Shown here in pieces: positions 17,319 to 27,751 of a stretch of DNA of 45,978 bases. How positions within the stretch are numbered: position 1 is the stretch's first letter; each line of letters opens with the position of its first letter. The notes under the pieces were generated by a model. That model saw only the letters and a list, made by a program, of their open reading frames with translations, made no database searches and was not told where the DNA came from. The stretch is from sequence record SRR31156797_1590; one strand, given 5' to 3'. Position numbers and translations under genes: made by a program.

Positions 17319-18372
17319 AATCGAAAACCTCATCCTCAAGGACATTTTCAATAAAACGCATCAACGCATCCCGCACTTCCTGCGGATGATCTGGATACCA
17401 TACCGGAGAGGCAATGACCAACCCCCTGAACACAAAAAATGGTGCCATAACCTGCAAAACTTCTGTGTCCCCGGTCTTTTCAAAATACGTTTCCATGTAG
17501 GTCATGTACAGATTGCGCAGCTTGCTGGAAAACGTCCCGTCCGAATAAAGCCCGAAAAGAATATAATTTGTCGCCATACAGCAAAGATCACCGGCAGGTT
17601 CACCCCATTCCCCCCTGCTACGGTCAAGTACGCTGAAACCTCCCGGCCCTCCCAAGAGCACATTCCAAGGATGGAAATCACCGTGCACCGCGCAAAGACG
17701 GTGGGTGTAGTGAAACAACTTCCAGCGCCAGTCGATCAACTTCTTCTCAAGATTTACAAAACGGTCCTGAGAAAAAAAATCGCAAGGATGCTTGAAAGCC
17801 TCATCCACCAGCCCCATGATGCATTCACTGGAACCGATCAAGTCACGAATACGGCGCATGTAAAGATGTGGATCATTCTTCTTTACCGAATGGATTTCCG
17901 CCAGCCATCCGGCAAGATCAGCAGCATTCTGAACGTCCTGATCCTTGAAATCCCCATTACGGACACGGTCAAGATCATTAAAATAATCGTAGCCCTGCAA
18001 CTTCTCGTTAAGGATAAAAAATTCCTGAGGTTCACTGAGTGGACGCATCTCACCACTACGGCTGATGTAACCGATACCCATAGGCTTCACATGGCGCGGT
18101 AAGTGGGCGGAGGTCTCGTACTGAAACATTAGCACCGCTGCGCGGTCCCAATAAAACTGGTGCCCGTAATTATCCCCTTTCATAACTGAAATTACGGTTT
18201 CACGCTCCTCACCATCCACAGTGAATAGCACCAACAAGGGTTTGCCGTAGCCGAACTTCTTCATACCCTGCTTATCCAGCGAGCCGATATCCCCGTAATC
18301 CACAAGGGCCGCGCCGGGACCGAAAGCCTCTTTCAGATACCCTTCAAGCATGGCAGCGGTTATTTCAATCAT
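17290..18372 (-). CDS. APH/choline-kinase-like phosphotransferase
   Basis: HGDFHPWNVL catalytic loop and LDRSRGEWGEPAGDL. Confidence 0.8.
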   Translation of the reverse strand: MIEITAAMLEGYLKEAFGPGAALVDYGDIGSLDKQGMKKFGYGKPLLVLFTVDGEERETVISVMKGDNYGHQFYWDRAAVLMFQYETSAHLPRHVKPMGIGYISRSGEMRPLSEPQEFFILNEKLQGYDYFNDLDRVRNGDFKDQDVQNAADLAGWLAEIHSVKKNDPHLYMRRIRDLIGSSECIMGLVDEAFKHPCDFFSQDRFVNLEKKLIDWRWKLFHYTHRLCAVHGDFHPWNVLLGGPGGFSVLDRSRGEWGEPAGDLCCMATNYILFGLYSDGTFSSKLRNLYMTYMETYFEKTGDTEVLQVMAPFFVFRGLVIASPVWYPDHPQEVRDALMRFIENVLEDEVFDYVQFERYMR

Positions 18373-18462
18373 GATTCATCCTCCGGGATTTTAACCCAAG
18401 GATACAGGAACCGGGCAATTACTTACAATTGTTTTTGACAAAAAAATAACAACACTCAAACA

Positions 18463-18504
18463 GAAAGAAAAAAAGCCGGAATCCCAAACACAGGATTCCG
18501 GCTT
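18463..18504 (-). terminator. Terminator after the PfkB kinase
   Basis: Minus strand AAGCCGGAATCC-loop-GGATTCCGGC followed by a U tract. Confidence 0.85.
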
Positions 18505-18531
18505 AATATCAATTCAATATAAGTTGTAATT

Positions 18532-19464
18532 CTACAGCTTGCCGAAGTTGTCTTCGTAACGTGCCCAGAACTCTTCCTCGGTGTAGGAATGCTCCTGAGT
18601 ACCGAGTTTTTCAACGCAGTAAACTGCGCTGACAGCACCCACATGGGCAGCCTCAACAAGATTCTTACCCATAGCGAGGCCCTTGATCAAACCGGCACGG
18701 AAAGCATCACCAGCTCCGGTAGGATCTTCTACAACTTCGGCCTTAGCTGCGGGGACTTTGGTCTCGCCGTCTTTTTCAACAACAAGACAACCATGCTCAC
18801 CAAGGGTAACGATGATGGAATCACAAATTTCCATAAGCTCGTCACGGGTCTTGCCTGTGGATTTCATGATCATTTCCAGCTCGTAATCGTTGGAAACGAG
18901 AATCTTGCAGCCACCGATCATTTCCAGCAGCTGTTCACCACTGAATGCGGGGATGTTCTGCCCCGGATCATAAATGTAAGGCAGCCCCTTTTCACGGTAG
19001 ACCTTGGGAAAATTCTGCATGTCATCAAGGTTACCGGGAGATACGATTGCGAGCGCATCTGCGGGGTTCACAACGGAAAAATCGTAATCACAGCCGTATT
19101 TCATAGCACCTGGGTTAAATCCGGTAATCTGGTTGTCAGACTTATCGGTGGTGATGTAAGCACCGGCGGTAAATTCATCGTCCACACGCTTGATGCCTTC
19201 GCGGGTAATCTTATTTTCGTCCAACCATTTTTCGTAACCGTCGAAATCCTTACCGGCAGTACCGAGGATTACGGGCTTTTCATCAAGCATGGAAAGAGCG
19301 TAAGCAATGTTTCCGGCTGTACCGCCAAAGCGTTCGTCAAGGCCGTCCACCAAAAAGCACACGTTAAGCATGTGAATTTTATCGGGCAGGATATGATCGG
19401 CGAAACTGCCGGGAAAACTCATAATTCTGTCATAGGCCAAAGAACCGGAAACCAATATCTGCAT
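18532..19464 (-). CDS. PfkB-family kinase (adenosine/nucleoside kinase-like)
   Basis: SGSLAYD, GGTAGNIAY, DPGQ, NDYE, DPTGAGDAFRAG. Confidence 0.88.
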   Translation of the reverse strand: MQILVSGSLAYDRIMSFPGSFADHILPDKIHMLNVCFLVDGLDERFGGTAGNIAYALSMLDEKPVILGTAGKDFDGYEKWLDENKITREGIKRVDDEFTAGAYITTDKSDNQITGFNPGAMKYGCDYDFSVVNPADALAIVSPGNLDDMQNFPKVYREKGLPYIYDPGQNIPAFSGEQLLEMIGGCKILVSNDYELEMIMKSTGKTRDELMEICDSIIVTLGEHGCLVVEKDGETKVPAAKAEVVEDPTGAGDAFRAGLIKGLAMGKNLVEAAHVGAVSAVYCVEKLGTQEHSYTEEEFWARYEDNFGKL

Positions 19465-19501
19465 TTGTTTGAACTCCTTAAATATGATTCGAGCAAGAAA
19501 T

Positions 19502-19550
19502 AAAAAAGCATACTCCCACCCGGTTTGCGCGGATGACAGTATGCTTTCTT
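19502..19550 (-). terminator. Probable terminator after cutA
   Basis: AAAGCATACT...AGTATGCTTT imperfect hairpin with U tract on the minus strand. Confidence 0.6.
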
Positions 19551-19573
19551 TAATAGTAAAGTCAATGAACAGG

Positions 19574-19888
19574 CTAGCCAGTATGACTCTTCACCCATTC
19601 GAAAAATTCTTCATTACCCTGCTTTGACTCAAGAGCAACAATAGCGGGACAATCATAACTGTGAATGTTTTTGACTGTCTGGATCAACTTTTCAACCAAT
19701 TCCGGCGTGGTCTTGGCAATAAGCACCGCTTCCTCTGAACGCTCAAGCTTTCCCTCCCACCAATACATGGACTCCATCTTCTCAAAAATATTCACACAGG
19801 CAGCCAGATGACGCATGACCAACTCTCCGCCTATCTCACGCGCCTCTTCCACATCCCCAGTGGTAATATAAACCAGCATTATGGACAT
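19574..19888 (-). CDS. cutA: Divalent-cation tolerance protein CutA
   Basis: LAACVN, SMYWWEG, KT, HSYDCPAI. Confidence 0.93.
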   Translation of the reverse strand: MSIMLVYITTGDVEEAREIGGELVMRHLAACVNIFEKMESMYWWEGKLERSEEAVLIAKTTPELVEKLIQTVKNIHSYDCPAIVALESKQGNEEFFEWVKSHTG

Positions 19889-19896
19889 AAGCCCTC

Positions 19897-20184
19897 CTAC
19901 TTACAGACAGGACTCTCACCGGGCTTGGCATTTGCAAGATAATTACTAATTGCATCCAGTTCATCAGCAGTTATGGTCATGCCCATTTCTGCCATACGCT
20001 GATTAGTTTTCTCCCATGCAGCAAGGTCCTTTTTACCCAATCCTCGGCAGACACGTTTCAGACTGTGACAAGCAGTACACTTGGCAGAGACAAGGCTGGA
20101 ACCATCTTCTGCACCAGAAGTAGAAAGTCCCAATCCGGAAATGGTAAAAAGAGCAGCAACTATCAGACTCAATGCTATTTTCAT
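19897..20184 (-). CDS. Small periplasmic monoheme c-type cytochrome
   Basis: Signal peptide, CTACH heme motif, distal Met candidates (RMAEM); GGAGG SD 8 nt before ATG 20184. Confidence 0.75.
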   Translation of the reverse strand: MKIALSLIVAALFTISGLGLSTSGAEDGSSLVSAKCTACHSLKRVCRGLGKKDLAAWEKTNQRMAEMGMTITADELDAISNYLANAKPGESPVCK

Positions 20185-20317
20185 TTTCAATTCCTCCGCT
20201 ATGGATTTGTATTAAATGATACATGAATTGACATGAACGGCAACATTTATCACCATCATGGCAGTATATTCGATGATTGTAAGTTGTAAAAAGAAATGAT
20301 AGCCCACAGCAGAGATT

Positions 20318-22115
<1,798 letters not shown>

Positions 22116-22116
<1 letters not shown>

Positions 22117-22751
22117 TGAAAATTGTCAGACCGTTATTAACGCTGATTGGAGCACTGACCGTTGCCGGAATACTGGCGGCGGCAGTGCTCTTTTTCTTTG
22201 CCCCGGTCCTGCTCCAGCAAGAAGATAAACCTGAAAAAGCCGATGCCATCGTGGTGCTGGGAGGTCATTACTATCGTCCCATATACGCTGCCGATCTCTA
22301 CAACAAAGGCTACGCACCACTAATTCTGGCCAGCAAACCGGTGGTTACGCCGGAAATCGAAGCTGTGCGCAATCTGGGTATACACTTCCCTTACCAATGG
22401 GAATTGTTCCGTGATGTACTGCAGAAAAAAGGGGTACCTGCAGACAGAATAGAATTTTTCGGCAAAGCCAACATCAGCACTCTAAATGAAGCGGAGAAGC
22501 TGAAGGCAAAACTCACACCACAAATCAAATCTATAATTCTGGTGACTTCCCCCATGCACACCCGCCGCGCAGGAATCATTTTCCGCGAAATACTGCCTCC
22601 GAATGTGAAGATAATCGTGGTCGGTACTCCTTACGAGATCACTCCTGATAAATGGTGGACCAATTTCCGGACCGCCCCGTTTGTCATTCTGGAAGTAGCC
22701 AAGACCCTCTACTACGAGCTTGGCGGAGCCATGAAAAATCCGGGACAATAG
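22116..22751 (+). CDS. YdcF/DUF218 (ElyC/SanA-like) membrane protein
   Basis: ADAIVVLGG, STLNEA, LVTSPMHTRRA. Confidence 0.85.
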
Positions 22752-22760
22752 GCAAATTAA

Positions 22761-22799
22761 ACAAAAGCCCTTCCGTGAACATCGCGGAAGGGCTTTTGT
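22761..22799. terminator. Bidirectional terminator between DUF218 and cooC
   Basis: ACAAAAGCCCTTCCG...CGGAAGGGCTTTTGT. Confidence 0.9.
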
Positions 22800-22802
22800 A
22801 TT

Positions 22803-23591
22803 TTATGCTTTAGTCATTTTCTGCAATGTGCGAACTATTACTTCCATCTTCGCGTCAATTTCCACTGATTCGGGCAGATTAAGCACGTTACCGTCCGACA
22901 TTTGCCGCTCAACCAGTCCAGGCAATTGCGGCATGGTAAAACGCTTCTCCGGCAGATACTCCAGCTTGGGAGGCTCACCGCCCAGATAACGGTTAATAAC
23001 CAGCACCTGATTATCAAGTCCCAGCTCAGAGGCCATCCGGCCTACCTCTGAAGCGGTCTGAAAACTGCGCATAGAAGGCTCGCTGACCACCACTAATCCA
23101 TCCACATACATGGCCGTTCCTCTACCAAGGTGCTCTACCCCGGCTTCAAGATCAACCAGCACACAATCTTCACTATCCATGACAATATGGGCCAGCAACG
23201 CTTTGAGCAGAGCATTGGCATCACAAGCGCAGCCACCTCCGGCATTGGAAAGACCGCCCATTACCAGTAACCTTTTCTTACCCGGTTCAACTCCGGGAAA
23301 AGGCTCTTCGTGAAGCGGGAGTTCCACCGCAAGCTCTTCAGGCAGATCACCGACATCAGGATTTAGATTGAGGAACCCTTCCTCATGAATCCGCTCCCTA
23401 ACCAGATCAGTCCGTGAAGAAACAGGCTCAGGAAGCGCCCCGGCATCCAAACCGGAAGCCTGCCCCAACGACAAAGCCGTGTCAGCATCGATCATCCAGA
23501 CATTCTGCCCGCTGCGAGCCATCCAATCGGCCATCCACGCGGTGATGGAGGTTTTGCCTACACCGCCCTTGCCTGCAAATGCCAGCTTCAT
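22803..23591 (-). CDS. cooC: CODH nickel-insertion ATPase CooC
   Basis: GKGGVGKT, GGCAC, DLEAGVEHLGRG; directly after cooS. Confidence 0.93.
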   Translation of the reverse strand: MKLAFAGKGGVGKTSITAWMADWMARSGQNVWMIDADTALSLGQASGLDAGALPEPVSSRTDLVRERIHEEGFLNLNPDVGDLPEELAVELPLHEEPFPGVEPGKKRLLVMGGLSNAGGGCACDANALLKALLAHIVMDSEDCVLVDLEAGVEHLGRGTAMYVDGLVVVSEPSMRSFQTASEVGRMASELGLDNQVLVINRYLGGEPPKLEYLPEKRFTMPQLPGLVERQMSDGNVLNLPESVEIDAKMEVIVRTLQKMTKA

Positions 23592-23602
23592 ACTCAACTC
23601 CT

Positions 23603-25480
23603 CTACTCGCTTAAACCAAGACCTTTACGTTTGGCCTTGATCCTTTCGTCGAAGAGTTCCGCTGCCTTGACCGGGTCCGGCTCGATGACGAATGAAGCAC
23701 CTACCAGATCCTCAAGGCCTGAAACTGCTATATTGGTTACAGTTTCGGAACCGAGAATATTCGGCGGATGTCCAAGGTGGGTATATATTCCGCTGGCTAC
23801 GGCATAGAGACCGATGGCAGCAGCTTTTTCAGAATACCACTCAGGAGAAGATGCTCCCACAGGCAGATCACTGATGTCCACATTCAGGGCATCAGCCAAC
23901 GCTGCACAAAGTTGCAGAATACGTGCGTTATCCACACAAGAACCGTAATGCAGCACCGGCGGAATTCCCAATGCGCCGCAGACTTTCTTAAGTCCCGGCC
24001 CGGCCATTTCAATGGCATCGGGAACCAGCAGTCCGGCCTTGCCTGCCGCAGTTGTTACGCATCCGGTAACCAGCACGAGGATGTCTTTCTTGATTAATTC
24101 TTTGGCAAGCCCCACGTTCATGGAATCCTGCTTAAACTTGGGGTTGTTACAGCCTACAATCCCTACGGCGCCGCGAATATCTCCCGCAGCAATAGCTTCG
24201 ACCAACGGATCGAGAGAACCGCCAAGTGCGGAAATAACAGCTTCATTGGAAAATCCAGTCATGATTTCCACCGGCTCGCAAGGAATGTCCACACGGGATG
24301 CATCACGCGCGGAATAGGCTTCCACCGCCAGACGGACAATCTCGCAAGCCTGCTCATAGGCATTGTGCGGATGGATATCAAAATGAGTTGCTCCGGTAAA
24401 ACGAGCCTTAGCTGCGGTGTCGATGAATCTGGTATGGTAACATCCGGATATCTGCACCAGACTAGGCATGATACACTGATAATCAACAACCACGGCCTCG
24501 ACCGCTCCGGTCAGGATTGCCAGCTCTGTCATAAGATGGTTCCCGGCCATGGGAATGCCTTTACGCATGAGCAATTCGTTACCGGTACAACAAAGCCCTG
24601 CGATATTAATACCTGCTGCCCCGGCGGCTTTTGCTTCAGCAACAATTTCTGGATCACGGGAAGCAGCCAAAATCATCTCGGAAACAACGGGATTGTGACC
24701 ATGAACAAGAATATTGACCTTATCTTCCTTGATCACCCCAAGGTTGGCCTGCGACATGGACGGGGTCGGGGTTCCGAAAATAACATCTGAAAGCTCAGTA
24801 CCGATCATGGAACCGCCCCAGCCGTCAGCAAGTGAAGTCCGGGCAGCATGAAGAAGAGTATTAGGCGCGTCATTATCACAACCCATGTGAGTGCGGTGCA
24901 TCATTTCTGCAATTTCGCGGTCAACACCGCGCGGTGTTACACCCAGATTAGACCATATGTCCTTGCGCTTCTGAGGTACGCGGGAAAGAAAGGAAACCTG
25001 TTTTTTACGGCTACCGAAGTCGGCAAAGAAACATTCCATAGCATCGCGGGCAACATCCTTAATATCACGCCCTTCAGTTTCAATACCTATTTCAGCGGAA
25101 ATACGGCGTAGTTTATCCTCGTCGGTAATTTTATAATCCTTGGTTTCGCCCTCAACAATCGCCTCAAGCACTTCGATCAAATCACGTCCATGATCTGAAT
25201 GACCTGCAGCTCCCCCGGCAACAAAACGACCGAAATTCCTTGCCACCACAACATCCGCATCAGCACCGCATACACCGCGCGGAGATTTCGGGGTGATTTT
25301 ACACGGCCCCATGGTACAGATACGGCAGCTGGTACCAAGCTCGCAAAATTTACAGTGCGGAGTCTGCTGCTGTAGCCTTTCGTGCACAGTCTCAATGCCC
25401 TCGGCACGAGCTTTGTTGATCATTGCGCGGGCATCATCCCAGATTGTCAATTCTTCAGCCGGACGGGGTTCTTTTGCCAT
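23603..25480 (-). CDS. cooS: Ni,Fe carbon monoxide dehydrogenase
   Basis: CRICTMGPC/GVCG B-cluster, HSDH, HGHNP, CCTGNE, GCNN, TGC, GSCVDN, EKA; ATG 25480 behind GGAGG. Confidence 0.97.
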   Translation of the reverse strand: MAKEPRPAEELTIWDDARAMINKARAEGIETVHERLQQQTPHCKFCELGTSCRICTMGPCKITPKSPRGVCGADADVVVARNFGRFVAGGAAGHSDHGRDLIEVLEAIVEGETKDYKITDEDKLRRISAEIGIETEGRDIKDVARDAMECFFADFGSRKKQVSFLSRVPQKRKDIWSNLGVTPRGVDREIAEMMHRTHMGCDNDAPNTLLHAARTSLADGWGGSMIGTELSDVIFGTPTPSMSQANLGVIKEDKVNILVHGHNPVVSEMILAASRDPEIVAEAKAAGAAGINIAGLCCTGNELLMRKGIPMAGNHLMTELAILTGAVEAVVVDYQCIMPSLVQISGCYHTRFIDTAAKARFTGATHFDIHPHNAYEQACEIVRLAVEAYSARDASRVDIPCEPVEIMTGFSNEAVISALGGSLDPLVEAIAAGDIRGAVGIVGCNNPKFKQDSMNVGLAKELIKKDILVLVTGCVTTAAGKAGLLVPDAIEMAGPGLKKVCGALGIPPVLHYGSCVDNARILQLCAALADALNVDISDLPVGASSPEWYSEKAAAIGLYAVASGIYTHLGHPPNILGSETVTNIAVSGLEDLVGASFVIEPDPVKAAELFDERIKAKRKGLGLSE

Positions 25481-25572
25481 TAACCTATCCTCCCTGTTTT
25501 GCCGGAAGCACAAAAATTATCGCTCCCGATCCATTCCTGTTATACTAACGTAACAAGTCTGAAACATTTTGT

Positions 25573-25590
25573 TTGTCGGGTAGCCGACAA
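25573..25590. promoter_or_regulatory. CooA binding site upstream of cooS
   Basis: TTGTCGG-GTAG-CCGACAA palindrome (CRP/FNR-type TGTC-N8-GACA); candidate -10 TAGTAT at 25547-25542 on the minus strand. Confidence 0.85.
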
Positions 25591-25613
25591 AAGAAGTATA
25601 TTTTTTAAAATAA

Positions 25614-25652
25614 TGTCTCTACAAAAATCGCATAATTCTGCGTTTAGAGACA
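25614..25652 (-). terminator. Possible weak terminator after cooA
   Basis: TGTCTCTA...TAGAGACA interrupted hairpin right after the cooA stop; U tract imperfect. Confidence 0.35.
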
Positions 25653-25654
25653 GG

Positions 25655-26305
25655 CTAATTTTCAGCGAATCCTTTCAACTGCTCCAAGTCAGCAACAAGC
25701 CAATGAGAACGGTCAATACGAAAAAGAATTCCTTCACGGGTGAGGTTGTTCAATAAAGTTGATACGGTCTGACGGGTAGCACCAAGAAGAGTGGAAAGCT
25801 GTTCGGTGGTCAGATTAAGGTTGATCTCTATTCCGCCGTCAACGGGCTTTCCGTATTCGGAGGCTTCTTTGTATAGATAGGAACAGAGCCGGGAGTTGAT
25901 ATCCTTGAAAACTAATCCATTAATTACGGAAAAAGAATTTTGCAGAATCTTACCCAAGACACGGACCATGGTGCGATTAAAGATAGGAATATCAGCCATA
26001 CAACGTTTTACCGACTGCACATCGGTAGTCAGCAGCATGCCGTCTTCGTAAGCCTGTACAAAACATCCGGCATGGGTTGAATAAAGATCTCCGGGACCGA
26101 GAATTCCAAGAGTAAATTCTTTGGATTCGTAAGCAAGATAAATACGCACCCGCCCTTTTGCCACTATAAAAACAAGGTCTTCATCTGTCTCAGGAGCAAA
26201 TATTATGGCACCTTTTTTAAACCTGCGCTCACCAAAGACACTGCGAATATCTTCAAATTCTACACGTTCCAGTTCATCCAGAAGATTGATACCGGAAAAT
26301 TTCAT
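25655..26305 (-). CDS. cooA: CRP/FNR-family CO-sensing regulator CooA
   Basis: cNMP-like domain with YSTH (candidate heme His), LVFKDINSRL, HTH GATRQTVSTLLN; adjacent to cooS. Confidence 0.87.
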   Translation of the reverse strand: MKFSGINLLDELERVEFEDIRSVFGERRFKKGAIIFAPETDEDLVFIVAKGRVRIYLAYESKEFTLGILGPGDLYSTHAGCFVQAYEDGMLLTTDVQSVKRCMADIPIFNRTMVRVLGKILQNSFSVINGLVFKDINSRLCSYLYKEASEYGKPVDGGIEINLNLTTEQLSTLLGATRQTVSTLLNNLTREGILFRIDRSHWLVADLEQLKGFAEN

Positions 26306-26307
26306 AC

Positions 26308-27678
26308 TTAACCTTCCTCAGGTGCGGCTGGAAGTTTTTTTAAATACTTATCCATGTCTTCCGCACATTCGGAAAGGGACACGTCGCATCCGCTTTCACG
26401 TATAACTGTCTTAATGTCATCTATCATTTTAGAAACAAAAAGCATTCCTGGATTTTCAACCACAGAACTAGCACCCTTTCCTGTGCCGGAAAGAATACCC
26501 ATCACCTGCAACATAGTCAGATTATTAGGGGAAACAGCAAAAGAATATATCTCGTTACCATCTTCCTCCCCTTTGATCAGAACTCCGCTTTCCACAAATT
26601 TATCCATCAGAGGAGAAATAAAACGAACCGGAACGCCAATCTCCCCGGCAAGCTCTTCCAACTCATAAGGATGTTCGGAGTTCTCAAAACGCAAAGCCAT
26701 CAAACTAAGTGCCAAGAGGGAGAACTTCTGCATATCCTCCACCCCGGCATCAGGCATAAATTTCTGCTGCCTGTAGAGCATCACATTCTGTACAGCGTAA
26801 CTAATCTCCGAACCGAGCAGGACAATAACCCAACTGGCATAAAGCCAGATCAGAAAAAGTGGCAACTGGGCAAAACTGCCGTAAATTGCATTATACTTGC
26901 TGACTCCGATTTGCCAGTTAATGTAGGCCCACTGAGCCATCTGCCAGACCGTACCAGCCACAATCCCGCCAGCGAAAGCACTGGTTATCCGCACTTTGGT
27001 GTTAGGCATGAAGGCATAAATAAAAGTAAAAGAGAGCCAGATCAGTACCAACGGAGCCAAATTGATAAAAAAACTCTCCAGCTCCGTGACCCCGTAAATA
27101 CTTTCAAACTGCTGCAGCACAGCTTGTTTCTTGATGGAAACACTGACACTTGTGGCAACGATAACCGCTACCGGACAAATAAAAATTACCGAGAAAAAAT
27201 CTGTAAATTTACGCCAAAAAGAACGTCCGTGACGAACCTTCCAGATTATGTTGAAAGCTTTCTCAACAGTCCCCACAGTGGAAAGCACGGTAAAAAGCAA
27301 GGTGGCTACGCCGATCCAACCGAGGGTCTGGACATTGGTATTGTCCACGTACTCTAGAATTTTGCCGACCACCTCTTCCCTTCCGGCGGAAACTTTGAGC
27401 AGCATTTCATGAATATAGCTGGAATCCTGAAATCCCATTCCCTTCATTAAAGAAAAAGCCACCGCAAGAAACGGGACAATAGAAAGCATGGTGGTGAAGG
27501 TAAGTGCGGACGCACGAATGATGCACTGATCCTTTAAGAATCCAAGAGTGACGAGATAGCCCACCCGGGCCAGAGTATGCAGGATTTTTATAGGGCCGCT
27601 GACATGGGAAGAACTCCAATCCCAAATATCATTCAGGAAAAACTCGGAAATCCGTTTTCCAACTTTTCCACCGGTCAT
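26308..27678 (-). CDS. YihY/BrkB-family membrane protein with C-terminal winged-helix-like extension
   Basis: ASALTFTTMLSIVP, EKAFNIIW, YNAIYGSFAQLPLFLIWLY; start moved to ATG 27678. Confidence 0.85.
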   Translation of the reverse strand: MTGGKVGKRISEFFLNDIWDWSSSHVSGPIKILHTLARVGYLVTLGFLKDQCIIRASALTFTTMLSIVPFLAVAFSLMKGMGFQDSSYIHEMLLKVSAGREEVVGKILEYVDNTNVQTLGWIGVATLLFTVLSTVGTVEKAFNIIWKVRHGRSFWRKFTDFFSVIFICPVAVIVATSVSVSIKKQAVLQQFESIYGVTELESFFINLAPLVLIWLSFTFIYAFMPNTKVRITSAFAGGIVAGTVWQMAQWAYINWQIGVSKYNAIYGSFAQLPLFLIWLYASWVIVLLGSEISYAVQNVMLYRQQKFMPDAGVEDMQKFSLLALSLMALRFENSEHPYELEELAGEIGVPVRFISPLMDKFVESGVLIKGEEDGNEIYSFAVSPNNLTMLQVMGILSGTGKGASSVVENPGMLFVSKMIDDIKTVIRESGCDVSLSECAEDMDKYLKKLPAAPEEG

Positions 27679-27751
27679 CGCGTCCCCCTGCTGGATTATG
27701 AATAGGTAACTGAAAACATCACTACGCAAGTATCAGTTTTGTTGAACCATA

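Noticed and set aside
17176-18102. 308-aa plus-strand ORF
   Set aside because: Antisense to the phosphotransferase and kinase genes, with no motif support
18589-19503. 304-aa plus-strand ORF
   Set aside because: Antisense shadow of the PfkB kinase
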